A DNA stretch of 26,831 nucleotides from Vitrella brassicaformis CCMP3155 (Eukaryota > Protista > Chromerida): contig CDMY01000727.1 of assembly GCA_001179505.1 (NCBI GenBank), forward strand, positions 1-26,831, read 5' to 3'. The position numbers and the translations under genes were made by a program. Below the pieces are notes generated by a model. It did not search any database, was not told where the DNA came from, and was given only the letters and a program-made list of their open reading frames with translations. This document shows positions 10,280 through 25,206 of the stretch, piece by piece. The first letter of the stretch is position 1; every line of letters begins with the position of its first letter.

Positions 10280-11895
10280 ATGGCTGTGAACGTCGGCGGC
10301 CTTCTTGTTGGCGCCTTGAGTGCAGTGTAAGTCGAAAAGAGAGCAACGCCGACATCCATGGGCATCAAGGTCATCGTGCTGTGGATGTTTCTGGCTTGAA
10401 ACGCTGCAGATTCAATGGATCCTTTGCTGCCGTCATGAAGTAACTAGGCGCTGGCTGCACTGCATTCATCGACGGGGGGACTCATCTGTGCGTGCTTGGC
10501 TCTGATGCTGCCTGTCTGCCTGGCTGTGTGTGTGTGTGTGTGTGTTTCTGGCTGTCTTACATTCGCAGGTTCGTCCGTGTGCAGCTGGACGAGATGGTAC
10601 GATCCACCAACGGAGGAAATGTCATTCATTCGCAGCTGCATTGGCAATGCCCGTTGTCTGGCCGACCTTCCAGGTGTTCATGACGTACTGCTGCCTCGGC
10701 GTGGCGCTCAGCTCCATCATTGCACTGCTGTTCCTGCCCCTCAACGACACGATTGCGGGTGCGGGAGTGGGTACCAGCCTCGCCTTCACCTCGTATGGGT
10801 TGGCTGCCGGCGCCTTGCTCGTCGGTGCGTTCACCTTCTCCTTCCTAGCTGGTAGGTACGAACCAACCAACCAACCAACCAACGAACGGACAGACAGACA
10901 GACAGACAGACAGACAGGCGGCCTCACCCCATTAGCGAAGAAGCGCAGCGCGTGAGTCGTTCGTTCTCTATCGTGCTGGCTGTGCCTGTCTGTCTGTGTC
11001 ATTCATAAATTTCAGTCGCGAAGGCGGGTGTGTCGATAGGTCAGGGTGTATGGTGCGGGACGGCCATCATCGTGTCTTACCTATGGGGCACTCTGGCATT
11101 CGGCGACGTCATTACCAATGTGCCCCTCAACCTCATTGGCTTGGTTCTCCTTCTCGTCGGCTCCACGGGCATCGCTTTCTGCCAGGAGCTGCCCAGATTG
11201 ATGGCGCAGACATTCACCACCAGCGGCACCACTGCTGGCAGCGGCGCCAACGAGCAGCAGATGCGGCAAGAGGACTCCAACCAGCGGGAGCCCCTGACAC
11301 GCGACACAGATGACGCAGACAGGGGGCGGCCATCGTCCCCTCATCATTCGTCAAGCAAGCTGGTGGGGCTGGGTGTGTCGGTCCTCACTGGGGTGTTCGG
11401 CGGTTCCATCCTGGTGCCCAAGCACTACGTCCCCAAGAGTGCCGACGGGATTGCCTTTCTGCCGTCATTTGCCGTGGGTGTGGTGGCCTTCATGGTGCTA
11501 GTCATGGGCGTCTATGTGACGGTCATCACCAAGCGGCGTGTGCAGTGGCATGTGCAGGCGGCGCTGCTGCCCGGCCTCATTAGTGGCTGCCTGTGGAACC
11601 TCGGCAACATCTGCTCGATAGCGGCCATCCCAAGGCTGGGCTACTCGGTGGCCTATCCCTTGCTGCAATGCGCCCTGCTTATCTCTGGGTCAGTCAGAGT
11701 GCGTTGGTGAAGAAAAACGATGCGCAGCATAGAATGGGCATGGTGTGCTTGTCTTCTTCTCGACTCGACAGGCTGCTGGGCATTGTGGTGTTTCGCGAGG
11801 TGCGGCAGCCGGCGGCCGTGAGCTGCTTCTGGGGCTCAAGCATTGTGCTCATCTTGGGCGCCGTGCTGCTGTCACTCTCCAGCCATCCCAAGTAG
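10280..11895 (+). CDS. TMEM144-like drug/metabolite transporter (DMT) superfamily membrane protein, about 10 TM
   Basis: Exons 10280-10326, 10410-10439, 10569-10596, 10674-10851, 11016-11688 and 11772-11895 splice in phase. Motifs: VFNGSFAAVMK, GVSIGQGVWCGTAIIVSYLWG, PGLISGCLWNLGNICS, GYSVAYPLLQCALLISGLLGIVVFRE. A hydrophilic loop separates two hydrophobic halves. Confidence 0.8.
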
Positions 11896-12465
11896 CTAGC
11901 TGCGATATGAACAGACATGAAGATAGACAGACATACAGACAGGCGGAGATAGTAGACAGAGGGAGATAGAGGCAGATAGAGGGAGACAGAGGGAGAGGAG
12001 GGGAGCGGTTGGTAAAGAGATGGATACTTTCTGCGGTAGCTAGCCTAAGCGCACAGAGGGCTGTGAAGACAAATGTGATGTAATGTGAGGAAGGAAGAGA
12101 AGGGCAGCCATGCTATCTGATATCGATGTGTGTGATGTGTATGTGTATGTGTGTGTGTGTGACGGTGTGTCTTCTTTTATACGTCTGTACAGCCCCCCGA
12201 GTACCCATGCGTAGCATGGGACGCTCGGTCCCTGCGTCAATCGCTCAATGCTCGTGTTCTCGGTGTCAGTCAATCAAATCCCTAGCTACTCACTGACATA
12301 CCATCGCTGCAGCTGACCGGCGAGCAGCACGCAGCGGTCGCATTCTCCATCTGATAGTATCACAAGTCTGTCGCAGGGAATCCAGATCCAGCCCTAGCCA
12401 TGGCGAGGCTCCCTTCTTAGCCACAGGCTCGCAGGCCTCTCGCGTTCGCGACGTTCGCGTCAAAA

Positions 12466-14283
12466 ATGGCGGACAGCAGGAGGGGAATAAGCTCTCCTCG
12501 GTCATCTCCCTTCCAGTTCCAGCCTCCAGTCGACCCTCAAGACGATGAACAGATGCCGCCAGCCGCCGAATACGAAGGAGATGGTGCGTCTGGACGTGCG
12601 CAGACAGACAGTGGCAGCAAGCCAGCCAAGAAGCGACGAGTGAGGGAGAGTACGGACAACAACGGCGGCGTGCCGGACTATCCCAGCGGCTCGGGCAACT
12701 GTGTGCCGTCTTCACAGCAGCAGCAGCAGTTCTACCTGACAGCAGCGCAGAAGATCGACCTGCACACGCGCAACTACGTCGCCGAGTCTGAGGGCAAGGC
12801 GTACGAGAACGGGCTGGTGATCCTCACGCGCAAGTTCTTCGCCCTCTTGGAGATGTGCCCGGGACAGACGGTGGACCTCAACACGGCCGAGCATGCACTC
12901 GATGTGCAGCGTCGCCGCCTGTACGACATCGTCAATGTGCTCGAGGGCATCGGCATCATCGAAAGGGTCGGCAGACACTCATTCAGATGCGCGTAAGCAA
13001 GCAAACAGAGAAGCAGACAGACAAGGACGGGAGGAGGCCAGTGAGAACGGCATTCCATCGTGTGTCATATCTATGTCTGTGTGTGTGTCTGTCTTTCTTC
13101 CCTGGCTGGCTGCAGTAGGCGTCTTCCCTCTCTGTTGTCGTGCGGTGCCCAGATGGAGTCTGAGCTGGCGGTGCTGCAGGCCGAGAACGACCAGCTGGAC
13201 AGACAGCTCGCCGAGATGGAGGCATATCAGGACAGAAAGTGGCAACTCGCCAAGGACCAAGGGTAAGTAAATGGGAAGAAACACAGACAGAGAGGGGAGG
13301 GGAGGGGGCGGTCATATTGGGTTGATATGTGTGTGTGTGTGTGTCACACCAGGTTGTTGTACATCAGTGGCGGTGACATTCGTGACACCGTGGACTATCG
13401 GGCCAAGACCATCGCGCTCGTCCATGCCCCCAAGGATGCGTCGGTGGCCGTCGTCTGCGACGCACTCCCAGACAACGCCGTCCAGGTACACACACGCGAT
13501 ACAAAACCACAGAGGGGCCCGTATGTTCGTCGCTCTTGTGTGTGTGTGTGTGTGTGTGTGTCAGGACATTCCTCGTTTCGTCCAGTTCAGCTCTCCGAGC
13601 GAGCGCATCCACATGACACACATCAGCGGCAAACAGTACAGGGTCCGCTAACAGTCATGGCTTCGTTCGTTCCCTCCTTGCTTCTGACTGATCGATCACA
13701 TGTCCGATTCGATTCAGCTGGTGGTTCACGACCCTTCGCAGAGCAGCAGCAGCACCCCCTTTCCGCCCGGGATCTTCCCCTCGCCCATCGAGCACCTGTG
13801 CGCCATCCACGGCATCAACGCAACGCCATCACACAGGGGAGAATCGCCCATACCAGCCATGCACGAGGGGGGAGCCGCAGCGGCAGCGGCAGCGGCAGCG
13901 GAGTCGCCACTCGCGTCAATGCTGGCAGCAACAGGCAAGTGGGTGGAGGGGGGGACACACCAACGAAGGAACGGAAGCGACAGGCACACTGACTGTTGGT
14001 TGTGTTGTGTGGTGGCTGGCGTCTGGGACCAGGGTGTATTCGGCAGCCGACGGACACGCGAGTCAAGAGGGACAGAAGCAGGAGTGCAGCACGGGCAGAA
14101 GGTAAGTACGTGCGTATGTCAATCGGTGTCATTCGTCCATTCCGATCGCGTGATGAGTGTTGTTCTTCCTCTCTGCGTTGGGGTGGGTGGATTGGCGGAT
14201 GACTGGCTGCAGCGATGGGCCTCCTCTCGGCGATCAAGGAGGAGGCAATGGATGACGATTATTATGATCAAAGTAGCTACTAG
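12466..14283 (+). CDS. E2F: E2F-family transcription factor (single winged-helix DNA-binding domain, coiled-coil/marked-box region)
   Basis: DBD GLVILTRKFF...RRRLYDIVNVLEGIGIIER. Heptad-rich ESELAVLQAENDQLDRQLAEM. Marked-box-like LLYISGGDIRD...TIALVHAPKDASV. NLS-like KPAKKRR. Exons 12466-12992, 13116-13262, 13353-13485, 13565-13642, 13718-13934, 14032-14101, 14213-14283; the last three are less certain. Confidence 0.88.
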
Positions 14284-15017
14284 CCGAAAGATGTAGATCC
14301 CGCTTTGTTGTGTGTGCTTCGTCCGTCGAGAGAGCAGGGGTGCAGTGCAGGGGCCCCCCAGCCATTCATCCATCCATCCCCTCATGCGTGTGGCGAGCGG
14401 GTCAAGACATCCATGCACACAGGTGCACACGGCGATCCATCTGGCGAGTGGGCGGCGTGCATGTGTGTGTGTGTGTGTGTTTGTTCGTGCGGTTGGAGGG
14501 AGGGATTCACAGGTGTTCACGGACAGATGAATCGCTAAACCAATGAACGTTCCCATCGCACTCACTCACAGCTGCGCACACGTCTCGTGCAGCCGCCATC
14601 CATCCATCCATCCCCAACACGCACACAACCACAACCAGTGAGATGTGTCAGATTGGTCGGGCGTGCTCGTTGAGTGGCGCCGGAGAGAGACGTGCATGTC
14701 GCTGGGCGTGTACGCGTGCCAAATTACTGCAGATGTATGCATTCAATCATATAGTCCCATAGACGGTCCTTCGCCCCTCCCTCCCTCCCTCCCTCCCTCC
14801 GGCAAATTGACCCATCCATCATCCCTCCATCCCTCCATCTATCGGCCGGTCTACATGCATCTCCATATGTGACCGTCCATCGGCCGGTATGTCGAAATAA
14901 TTCCATCCATCCATCCGGAGAGGCGCCTATCAGTGTGCCTGATTCTATGCTCTCTCTACCTATGCTACACCACACCCCCAAACACCCTCGGTCTCTCCCT
15001 CCCGTCCTTCATCGATT

Positions 15018-17749
15018 CTACTGCCCGTCGACGTCAGGTGCGGCCTCTCCAGCGATCTCTCGCACATACGCCGACGGCAAGTAGCCTGCAGGCACGCCGA
15101 CACACACATGGTCATGGTAATGTGGTGGTTTGTTTGTGGCTTCGCTGCCTGCTTACCCATCGCAGCGGTGTCGTTGTTCCGGGCGAGAAACCAGCCGTTA
15201 TCCGCCACGCTCAAAACGTCCTTGACACACACACACACACACACATACACACAGAAAGGCACAGCCAGACAGCAAGAGAGACAACAACCATCCATCCATC
15301 AGTTGGCACGACGACCGATGCCATCCATCCACGAATGCCCTTGTGTATTCTGTGCGCCGTACCCCCAGGTACCAGTATCTGCCCCTTTTCGATCTCGAGG
15401 CAGCTGTCGCCGGCGTAGTCTTCGCTCTGAGGCCCGTAGTCATACAGCACCTCACATCGGAACCTGACGAAGCCGTCGGCACCCGCCCCGCCACCTCCAG
15501 TGCCATGAGCGTTGGCCGACTCTACCACCGCCACTTGTTGCTGCTGCTGCTGGGCGTTGAGCTGCTCGGTGAGGGACTGGATGCTGGCCTGCATGGCCTC
15601 CTGCTCTCGCTGCTTCTCCTCCCTCAGCTGCTCGAGCTGACGCTGCAGCGCGTTGCGCTCCTCCTGGACCTCATGCAACCTGAAAACCACACACACCAAC
15701 AAACAATGGCGATGGCGGCGTGAATCAGTCGGTTCTTGTCTCATGCTCGAACTCATGCTGTGCGGTGCAGTAGTCGCTGTGGTCTGCTTCCTGGCTGAGC
15801 TGACTGAGGAACTTACTTGGCCTGCAGCTCAAACACCTGGAGACTCAGACCCTGGGTGTGGTTCATTTGCGCCTGCACGTAGTCCTTCAGAGCGCCGAGC
15901 CGCGCAAACACTGGCCCCAAGCTGTCCAGCTGCGCCAGCACAGCTAATGCATCCGGTGCAGCCATCAGCGGCACCGGCACCGGTGCCGGTGCTGGCGGGC
16001 CCATGTGTACGCCGCCCGATGGGAGCGGTGGGAACCCCTCCGCCCCCGCCACGCCGTTGTGCTGCTGCATCATCGCATGGCCGCCACCACCGCCCTCTCC
16101 GGCGTGCTGCTGCTGCTGCTGCTGCTGATGCTCCTGGTGCTGGTGTGGCTGGGGCTGCATGGGCACCATGCTGGTCAAAGCACCTCCATCTGGCGCCCAC
16201 ATGGCCTCCCCTGCTGCTGCCGGGCGGGCCGATGGGTCATACGCGACCTGATGGTATGGTGCCCCGCCCACAGACATCATGCAGCAAAGGGTCAGATCTC
16301 GATTGATTACCCACAGTGTGGGCTGGGCTGGGCCTTGCCTTTTCACCCACCTACCTCATGTGCCAGCGATGAACTGCTGTTGACGTTGGCCTGCTCGTCC
16401 TGCTGCATCTGCACCTCTACCTGCAGCACCTCCACCTGCACCTCCCCCTCCCCCGCCCCAACGGCATGACTCGCCGCAGCCGAGCCGCCACCGTCACACG
16501 CCGTCGACATGCTGGACGAATTCGCATACGTCGGTCGGTTGTCCACAGCTGGCGGCGGCATGTTCGGCGGCCCCCCAACGCCCACGCCGCCATTGGGCTT
16601 CTCGGGAGGGCGCATCAGTGGCTTCGGGGGCAGCACCGGCACCTCCTCGGTGGTGGGCGTCAAGTGCTGGTCTGTGGTGGGCGGCGAGGGCCCGACTGGC
16701 TCGGGCACTGGGAGTGGCATCGAGGGCGGTGTGGGTGCGGGGACGGGAGGCGCCTCGTGGGATGGGGGGACGGACGGCCGGGCGGGGGGCGCCTTAGGGA
16801 GATGTGGCTTCTGCATGACCTGCGTGGCCTTGGCGTACTCTGCCGCACCTATCAAACTCTTCTGCACACACATAACATGACAAAGCATAACACGGCACAA
16901 CGGGATACAGCGACGTCATCTATGGGCACGGTGGTGTGGTGTGGGCTACCAGATCCGCCAAGGTGAAGTTGCCGATTTTCATGTCGAGATCATAGGGCCG
17001 GATGTCCTTGACGCTGCAGACCTCGCGGCGCAAAAACAGCAAGGCAGGCCCGTAGACCCTCACCTCGGGCTTCAGCTGACACGAACGGCAAACCACACAG
17101 ACAGACAGACAGACACGCACTCGTCAGGCACATAGGCTCCTGTCCCTATCTTATGTGCCTGAGTGGCGGGCCTATTTGCTGCCCGCCTGCCTACTTGGAG
17201 CTTTTGTTGTTTGATGGCCTCTACGACAACTTCTGTGGCAAACTTGTTAAGGGGCCCGCCGCGGTGGGTGTTGAAGACCAAGATGGGCAGGCGGTCCGAC
17301 TCGCTGTCCGTATACCTGCACACACACATACACGCACACACGCAGCGGCCATCCTTCCCCTCCCGCTCCGCATTCGTGTGTGTGTAAGTGGGAAGGGTGG
17401 TGTGGTGCTGTCTGGTGTGGCGGGTGGTTGACTCACGCAGGGAATATGGTCAGTTCGATTTGCGATGGGGTCTTGCCCGACATGGTGCCAATTTGCAACG
17501 CGCAGGTCCTGCGCCACTCGTCCGGCCCATTCCGCGGCTGCAGCCACAACGAGAAGGAGGAACACACACATCCACCCTCGTCTACACATCCCTGAGCAAG
17601 TCCCTGAGCTGCAGGCACGCCTCTCTCGTGTGTTCCAGTCCTCACCCACCCACCTTGACAGAGGGCACTTTGGCAGATTGGAGATCCATCTTGCCCTGCA
17701 CGGGTGGCACGTTCGGCTGCAGGACGACGTAGGAGATCGTTTTCGACAT
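15018..17749 (-). CDS. SH3-domain protein: unknown ~170-aa N-terminal domain, Pro-rich and Gln-rich linkers, coiled coil, C-terminal SH3
   Basis: Spliced C-terminus RCEVLYDYGPQSEDYAGDSCLEIEKGQIL|DVLSVADNGWFLARNNDTAAM|GYLPSAYVREI...* (stop 15018-15020) matches the SH3 pattern ALYDY...GW...G.P.xY. Coiled coil LHEVQEERNALQRQLEQLREEKQRE. The N-terminal exons from ATG 17749 splice in phase, including a 21-nt microexon at 17588-17608. Confidence 0.78.
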
Positions 17750-17923
17750 TCTGCAAATGCGCACAGCACACCTCACCCAGTCACTAACCGCAGCGCAGCC
17801 TTCACACAACCACCTGGTGCTGGGGGGACACTCCGGGACAAGGACACCGGCAAACAGCGATCGCTGGCAGCTCGCAAAAGCTCCGAGCTGATAGAGTCTT
17901 AGATCTGGCAGAACAAAGAACCG
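17750..17923. promoter_or_regulatory. Putative bidirectional promoter (SH3 gene / DHX35 gene)
   Basis: Divergent start codons at 17749 (-) and 17924 (+), 174 bp apart. A cag acceptor just before the SH3 ATG suggests a 5'-UTR intron. Confidence 0.5.
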
Positions 17924-21426
<3,503 letters not shown>

Positions 21427-22511
21427 GACGTTCATGTTGTGCGTGTGGGTGTGTGGGTGTGATGGGATACATGGCCGGCCGGCCTTTTGCGGAGAGGATT
21501 TGTGCATACTCGATGAATGAAGGCATTCATTCAGTGTCACACACAGCGCGTCAGACACTCAGTGCCCATGCAATTCGCCAAGAGGCTCAGTGGCCATTGT
21601 CTGTCTGCACACACACACACACGCCAGCTGTCTGTCAGTTGGGGATCATCTATCGGATGCTTGTCGTCCAGGCCAAAGCCTGCACGCAAGTGCCAGTGGT
21701 ACTGAAAGGTCGGATAGTGCGCCGTCCGGCTACCGATTCGCGGTGTAGTGAGCGATGCCACGTTGCCAGGCCGACTTGTTTACGTATTTCTTTTTGCACA
21801 ACCCCAACCAGTTTTCTTTCGTTAATGGCAAATGCGTTGTGGAACTCATACATACGTGTGTGAGTGTCTGAGTGTCTGAGTGGCTGGCTGGCTGGCAGTG
21901 TCTCATTCATTAATGACTGACTGAGTGCATGGCATGCTTCTGGCGGGCGGGGTGGACGGATGGCTGGATGGTGGACAAGACAGAAGAAAGGTAGATGGAG
22001 CGGAAGGAACGAACGCAGACGCACACAGACAGACAGACAGACACAGATACTCTCAAGCAATGCAATCAATCAGTGGTTGGCGCCACATGGATATACATAT
22101 CATCCTCCGGCAGCAGCACCACAACGGACGCTCGCTGCACGCTTCAGGCACTCTACCCACGTCCATGTCACACCGCCACTGCCGCAGCGCTGTCACTCAT
22201 CAAAAACTCTACCAATGACGGACGGACGCATTTGTGTTTGTACGTAGAGAGCTCAACGCCCATCCCGTCAATACGGCGATGTGGTGATCGTACAGCTGCC
22301 GCGTGCGCGTGAGACGTCTTCATGCGTCAGGGTGGACGAGTGTGTGTGTCTGTGGTTCGTCGGATGGGTGGACGCCCTCATCTTAATGAAAGCAATCAGT
22401 GGGTGGATGGGGCAGGTGTCGCGTCACGTCAGAAAGCCAGTCCCACCCTTCACGGCCACACGCACCACAGGATATTTATGGTCATCAACAGCGGACGCAC
22501 CCATGTGGAAC

Positions 22512-22798
22512 TCACACCATATCTACACCCATGTAAATCACCATGTTCTTCACAGAGTAACACGCCGGGAAGGACAAATGCCGCAATTGATGCACAGCCG
22601 CCCCTCTGCCTCTCTCCCTGGACAGCCGGGCCCGCATGCCTGTAGTCACACACACACACACGTGACCACGTCTGTATGTCTTCAGTCCGTCCACTGCTTG
22701 TTATTCATATTCGCTCGTCGCTCACTTTCTAGCCTGAGTCCATTGTAGGTGTGCATGGCTTTTGCCGACACTTCGCGCAAAGGGCTCTCAGCCAACCT

Positions 22799-22832
<34 letters not shown>

Positions 22833-24935
22833 CACAACGACCTGAGTCATGGATGCGTGGCGGCTTGCTGGCGACGATGGGTTCACACCTGGCGAGTGTC
22901 TGCAGCTGTTCTGTGTGGGTGCACAGGCGGGCGGCAAGGTGCTGGTGTGCGGTGAAGCAGCACGTGCACACCAGACAAGACGACCCTGTGGCCAGACCCA
23001 GGTCGATCAAGCCGTCGCTCAGACCTGATAGATTAGATCAGGAAAGAGGGCCTGGATGGATGGATGGATGTGCCTCATGTGTATGACTGACGAGTGTGCG
23101 CACCTCCACAGGCATGTAGGCCGATGATGAGCGTGGCAGTCAGAGGGGCGCAGGGGAGGCACCTGACGAAGTGCACAGAGCCATCCATTTCATGTGCTTC
23201 CCGCAGTCACACGTGACATACATACTTGAGGTGCGCCGCGAAGGCGTCCAGATCCATGTCGTAGACGCTCAAGTTGCCGACGCCCTGACCACCCACACAC
23301 CCCACGCACCACCAACCCCCCTCTCACTCTCAAGCCGCTTCTCTCTCTCTGTCTGTCTGTCTGTCTGTCTCTGTCTCTCTCTGTCTCACTCACCAGCTGC
23401 TGTGCCCCAGTCATGGCCGCCTTTCTCGACGGCTCGTGTGGCTCCGTCATCAACACGTCCACATCAGGGAAGGCCACTGCACACGCCAAGGAGAGGTCTC
23501 CACGCCCCCCACCGATGTCAATCAGCCGGGCCGGTCGGCGTGGCGCACTGGACTGATGCTGTCGTAGCCACTCTTGCACTCGCTTGACCATCCACTGCAC
23601 CTGACCGATTATGGTGTCGACAAGCACACAACGCAGTGCGTCGACGAACCTGCCTCGCGTCGTCTTGCCTTGGCTGTCTGTCTACCTGCGGGGCTTTCTT
23701 CTCGTCTGCATACCGCAGGCGCCGCTCTCTCTGCCCATCTGCCGTCCCAACACTAGAATTTTCTTCTCGTTCTTCCGTCTGCTGATGCCCATATGCCCCA
23801 CCGCTTCCCTCTCCCCCGTCTGAAGAATCGTTGTGGCGCCAGAGCTGCCGCAGCAAGTTGACTCTAGGGTGCACCTCACACGGGAGGCCGCCATGGGTAT
23901 CGCCCTCGTCAAAAGAGAAGATATCGGTTCGCTCCTCCAGGGGCCACTTGTCGCGAAGAGGGGCCAGCTGCATACATACACGACACTCACAACATGGGCC
24001 CACAAAGTTCAAAGGAGAGGTTTCATTTCTCGCTCCCTCACCTGTTCGAGCAGTGCGAGGTCTCGTTCGTCATGTTTGATGGGCCTGATGGGCACCTCAG
24101 GTAGGCCTGCCAGCCTCCTCGCCAGCCGCGTGACGCGCTGCTTCCTGGCAGAGGCATTGCCATGGTCTTCATGGCCGTCTGCTGCAGACGGCAGCAGAGA
24201 TGCCAGCTGGGAAGCTGGGATGCCCAACGCCCTGAGGCCATCCGATAGCAGCAAGACAACAAGGTCATGTGGCTACGGGGGTGAGAGTGTGTGTGGGTGT
24301 GTTTCCTTACGCGGCAGTCCATGTGCGAGGGAACCGGCCATTCCGGCAGTCGGCAAGCAGCCGATCAACCGCAAAGAAGGATGGCTCAACCTGAGAACAT
24401 ACATATTCGATGCACACTCGACGGACAGACAGACAGACACGTGGGCCGACACACCCGCCCCACGCACCTTGATCATCCGGATGTGCGTTGCCTCGACGGA
24501 CAGCTGCCCGGTCCGCGTGCGCATGGGCTGTCCGATGAACAGCGCATGTGTGTTTGGCGAAAGATTGGACACCCAACACGCGAAGGATGGACGCCCCTCC
24601 TCTGCCACAAACCCATGCCGAGAAAGCACCACCTGAGAACACGCTGACACACCATTCGTCGTAGGGATCTCTCTGTCTGTCTGGTCAGACAAGGGCATGG
24701 TCACCTGAATGACCTGTCCGTCCTGCCCTTGCTCAGCACCGCTTCCATCTTCCTCTTTGCCAGCATCGCGACTGTGTTGGATATCGACGTCGAGGAAGGT
24801 GAGGCGGCCCTTACCATGAATCCTCCTCGTCCGCACCTTGCCCTCGACTGACACTCGCACAATTACCTGGGGCTCAGAAGGGATGAACGAAGGCGGGATG
24901 GAGGGGAAAGCATCATAGAGGCCATCCTCCCGCAT
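22512..24935 (-). CDS. OB-fold (anticodon-binding-like) plus class I SAM-dependent methyltransferase (Methyltransf_32/METTL25-like) fusion protein
   Basis: N-terminal VSVEGKVRTRRIHGKGRLTFLDV...GQPMRTRTGQLSVEATHIRMIK resembles the class IIb aminoacyl-tRNA synthetase OB fold. The C-terminal region splices to RRLRYADEKKAPQ|VQWM, motif I LIDIGGGRGDLS, IIGLHACG|GLSD, CLVCTCCF, LAES...AMHTYNGLRL, FPACYSVKNMVI* (stop at 22512). Confidence 0.78.
24666..24796. repeat. 131-bp direct repeat, copy 1 (part of exon 1 and intron 1 of the methyltransferase gene)
   Basis: Aligns without gaps to 26492-26622 with 3 mismatches by eye. Confidence 0.95.
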
Positions 24936-25206
24936 GCTTCGGATCTGGCAGCAGGACCTCCACCAGCAGCGGTTTCAGGGAGCACCCTAGGCGCCTCCAC
25001 CCTCTGCGAGCTCGCAACACCAGTTCTGGCCCATGGGCAAGCTACCCACATGAAGATAAAAACGTCACGGATTGTGCTCGTCTGTATGGGCGTGCGTGTT
25101 GTCCATGCTGCCGTCGCTACGCCTGCTGTTTGCCTTCATCCCGACAAAAACGGCAACGGCCATTTGTACAGCCCGTGTAACCTGACCTCGCAAGACCTCC
25201 CACGCG
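24936..25206. promoter_or_regulatory. Putative bidirectional promoter (methyltransferase gene / secreted protein gene)
   Basis: Divergent start codons at 24935 (-) and 25207 (+), 271 bp apart. Confidence 0.45.

Noticed and set aside
21427-22511. Hidden gene or ncRNA in the DHX35/methyltransferase convergent spacer
   Set aside because: Only short microsatellite-laden ORFs without splice-consistent coding signal, which fits overlapping 3' UTR and intergenic DNA.
23833-24636. 267-aa plus-strand ORF
   Set aside because: It is the antisense shadow of the methyltransferase gene.
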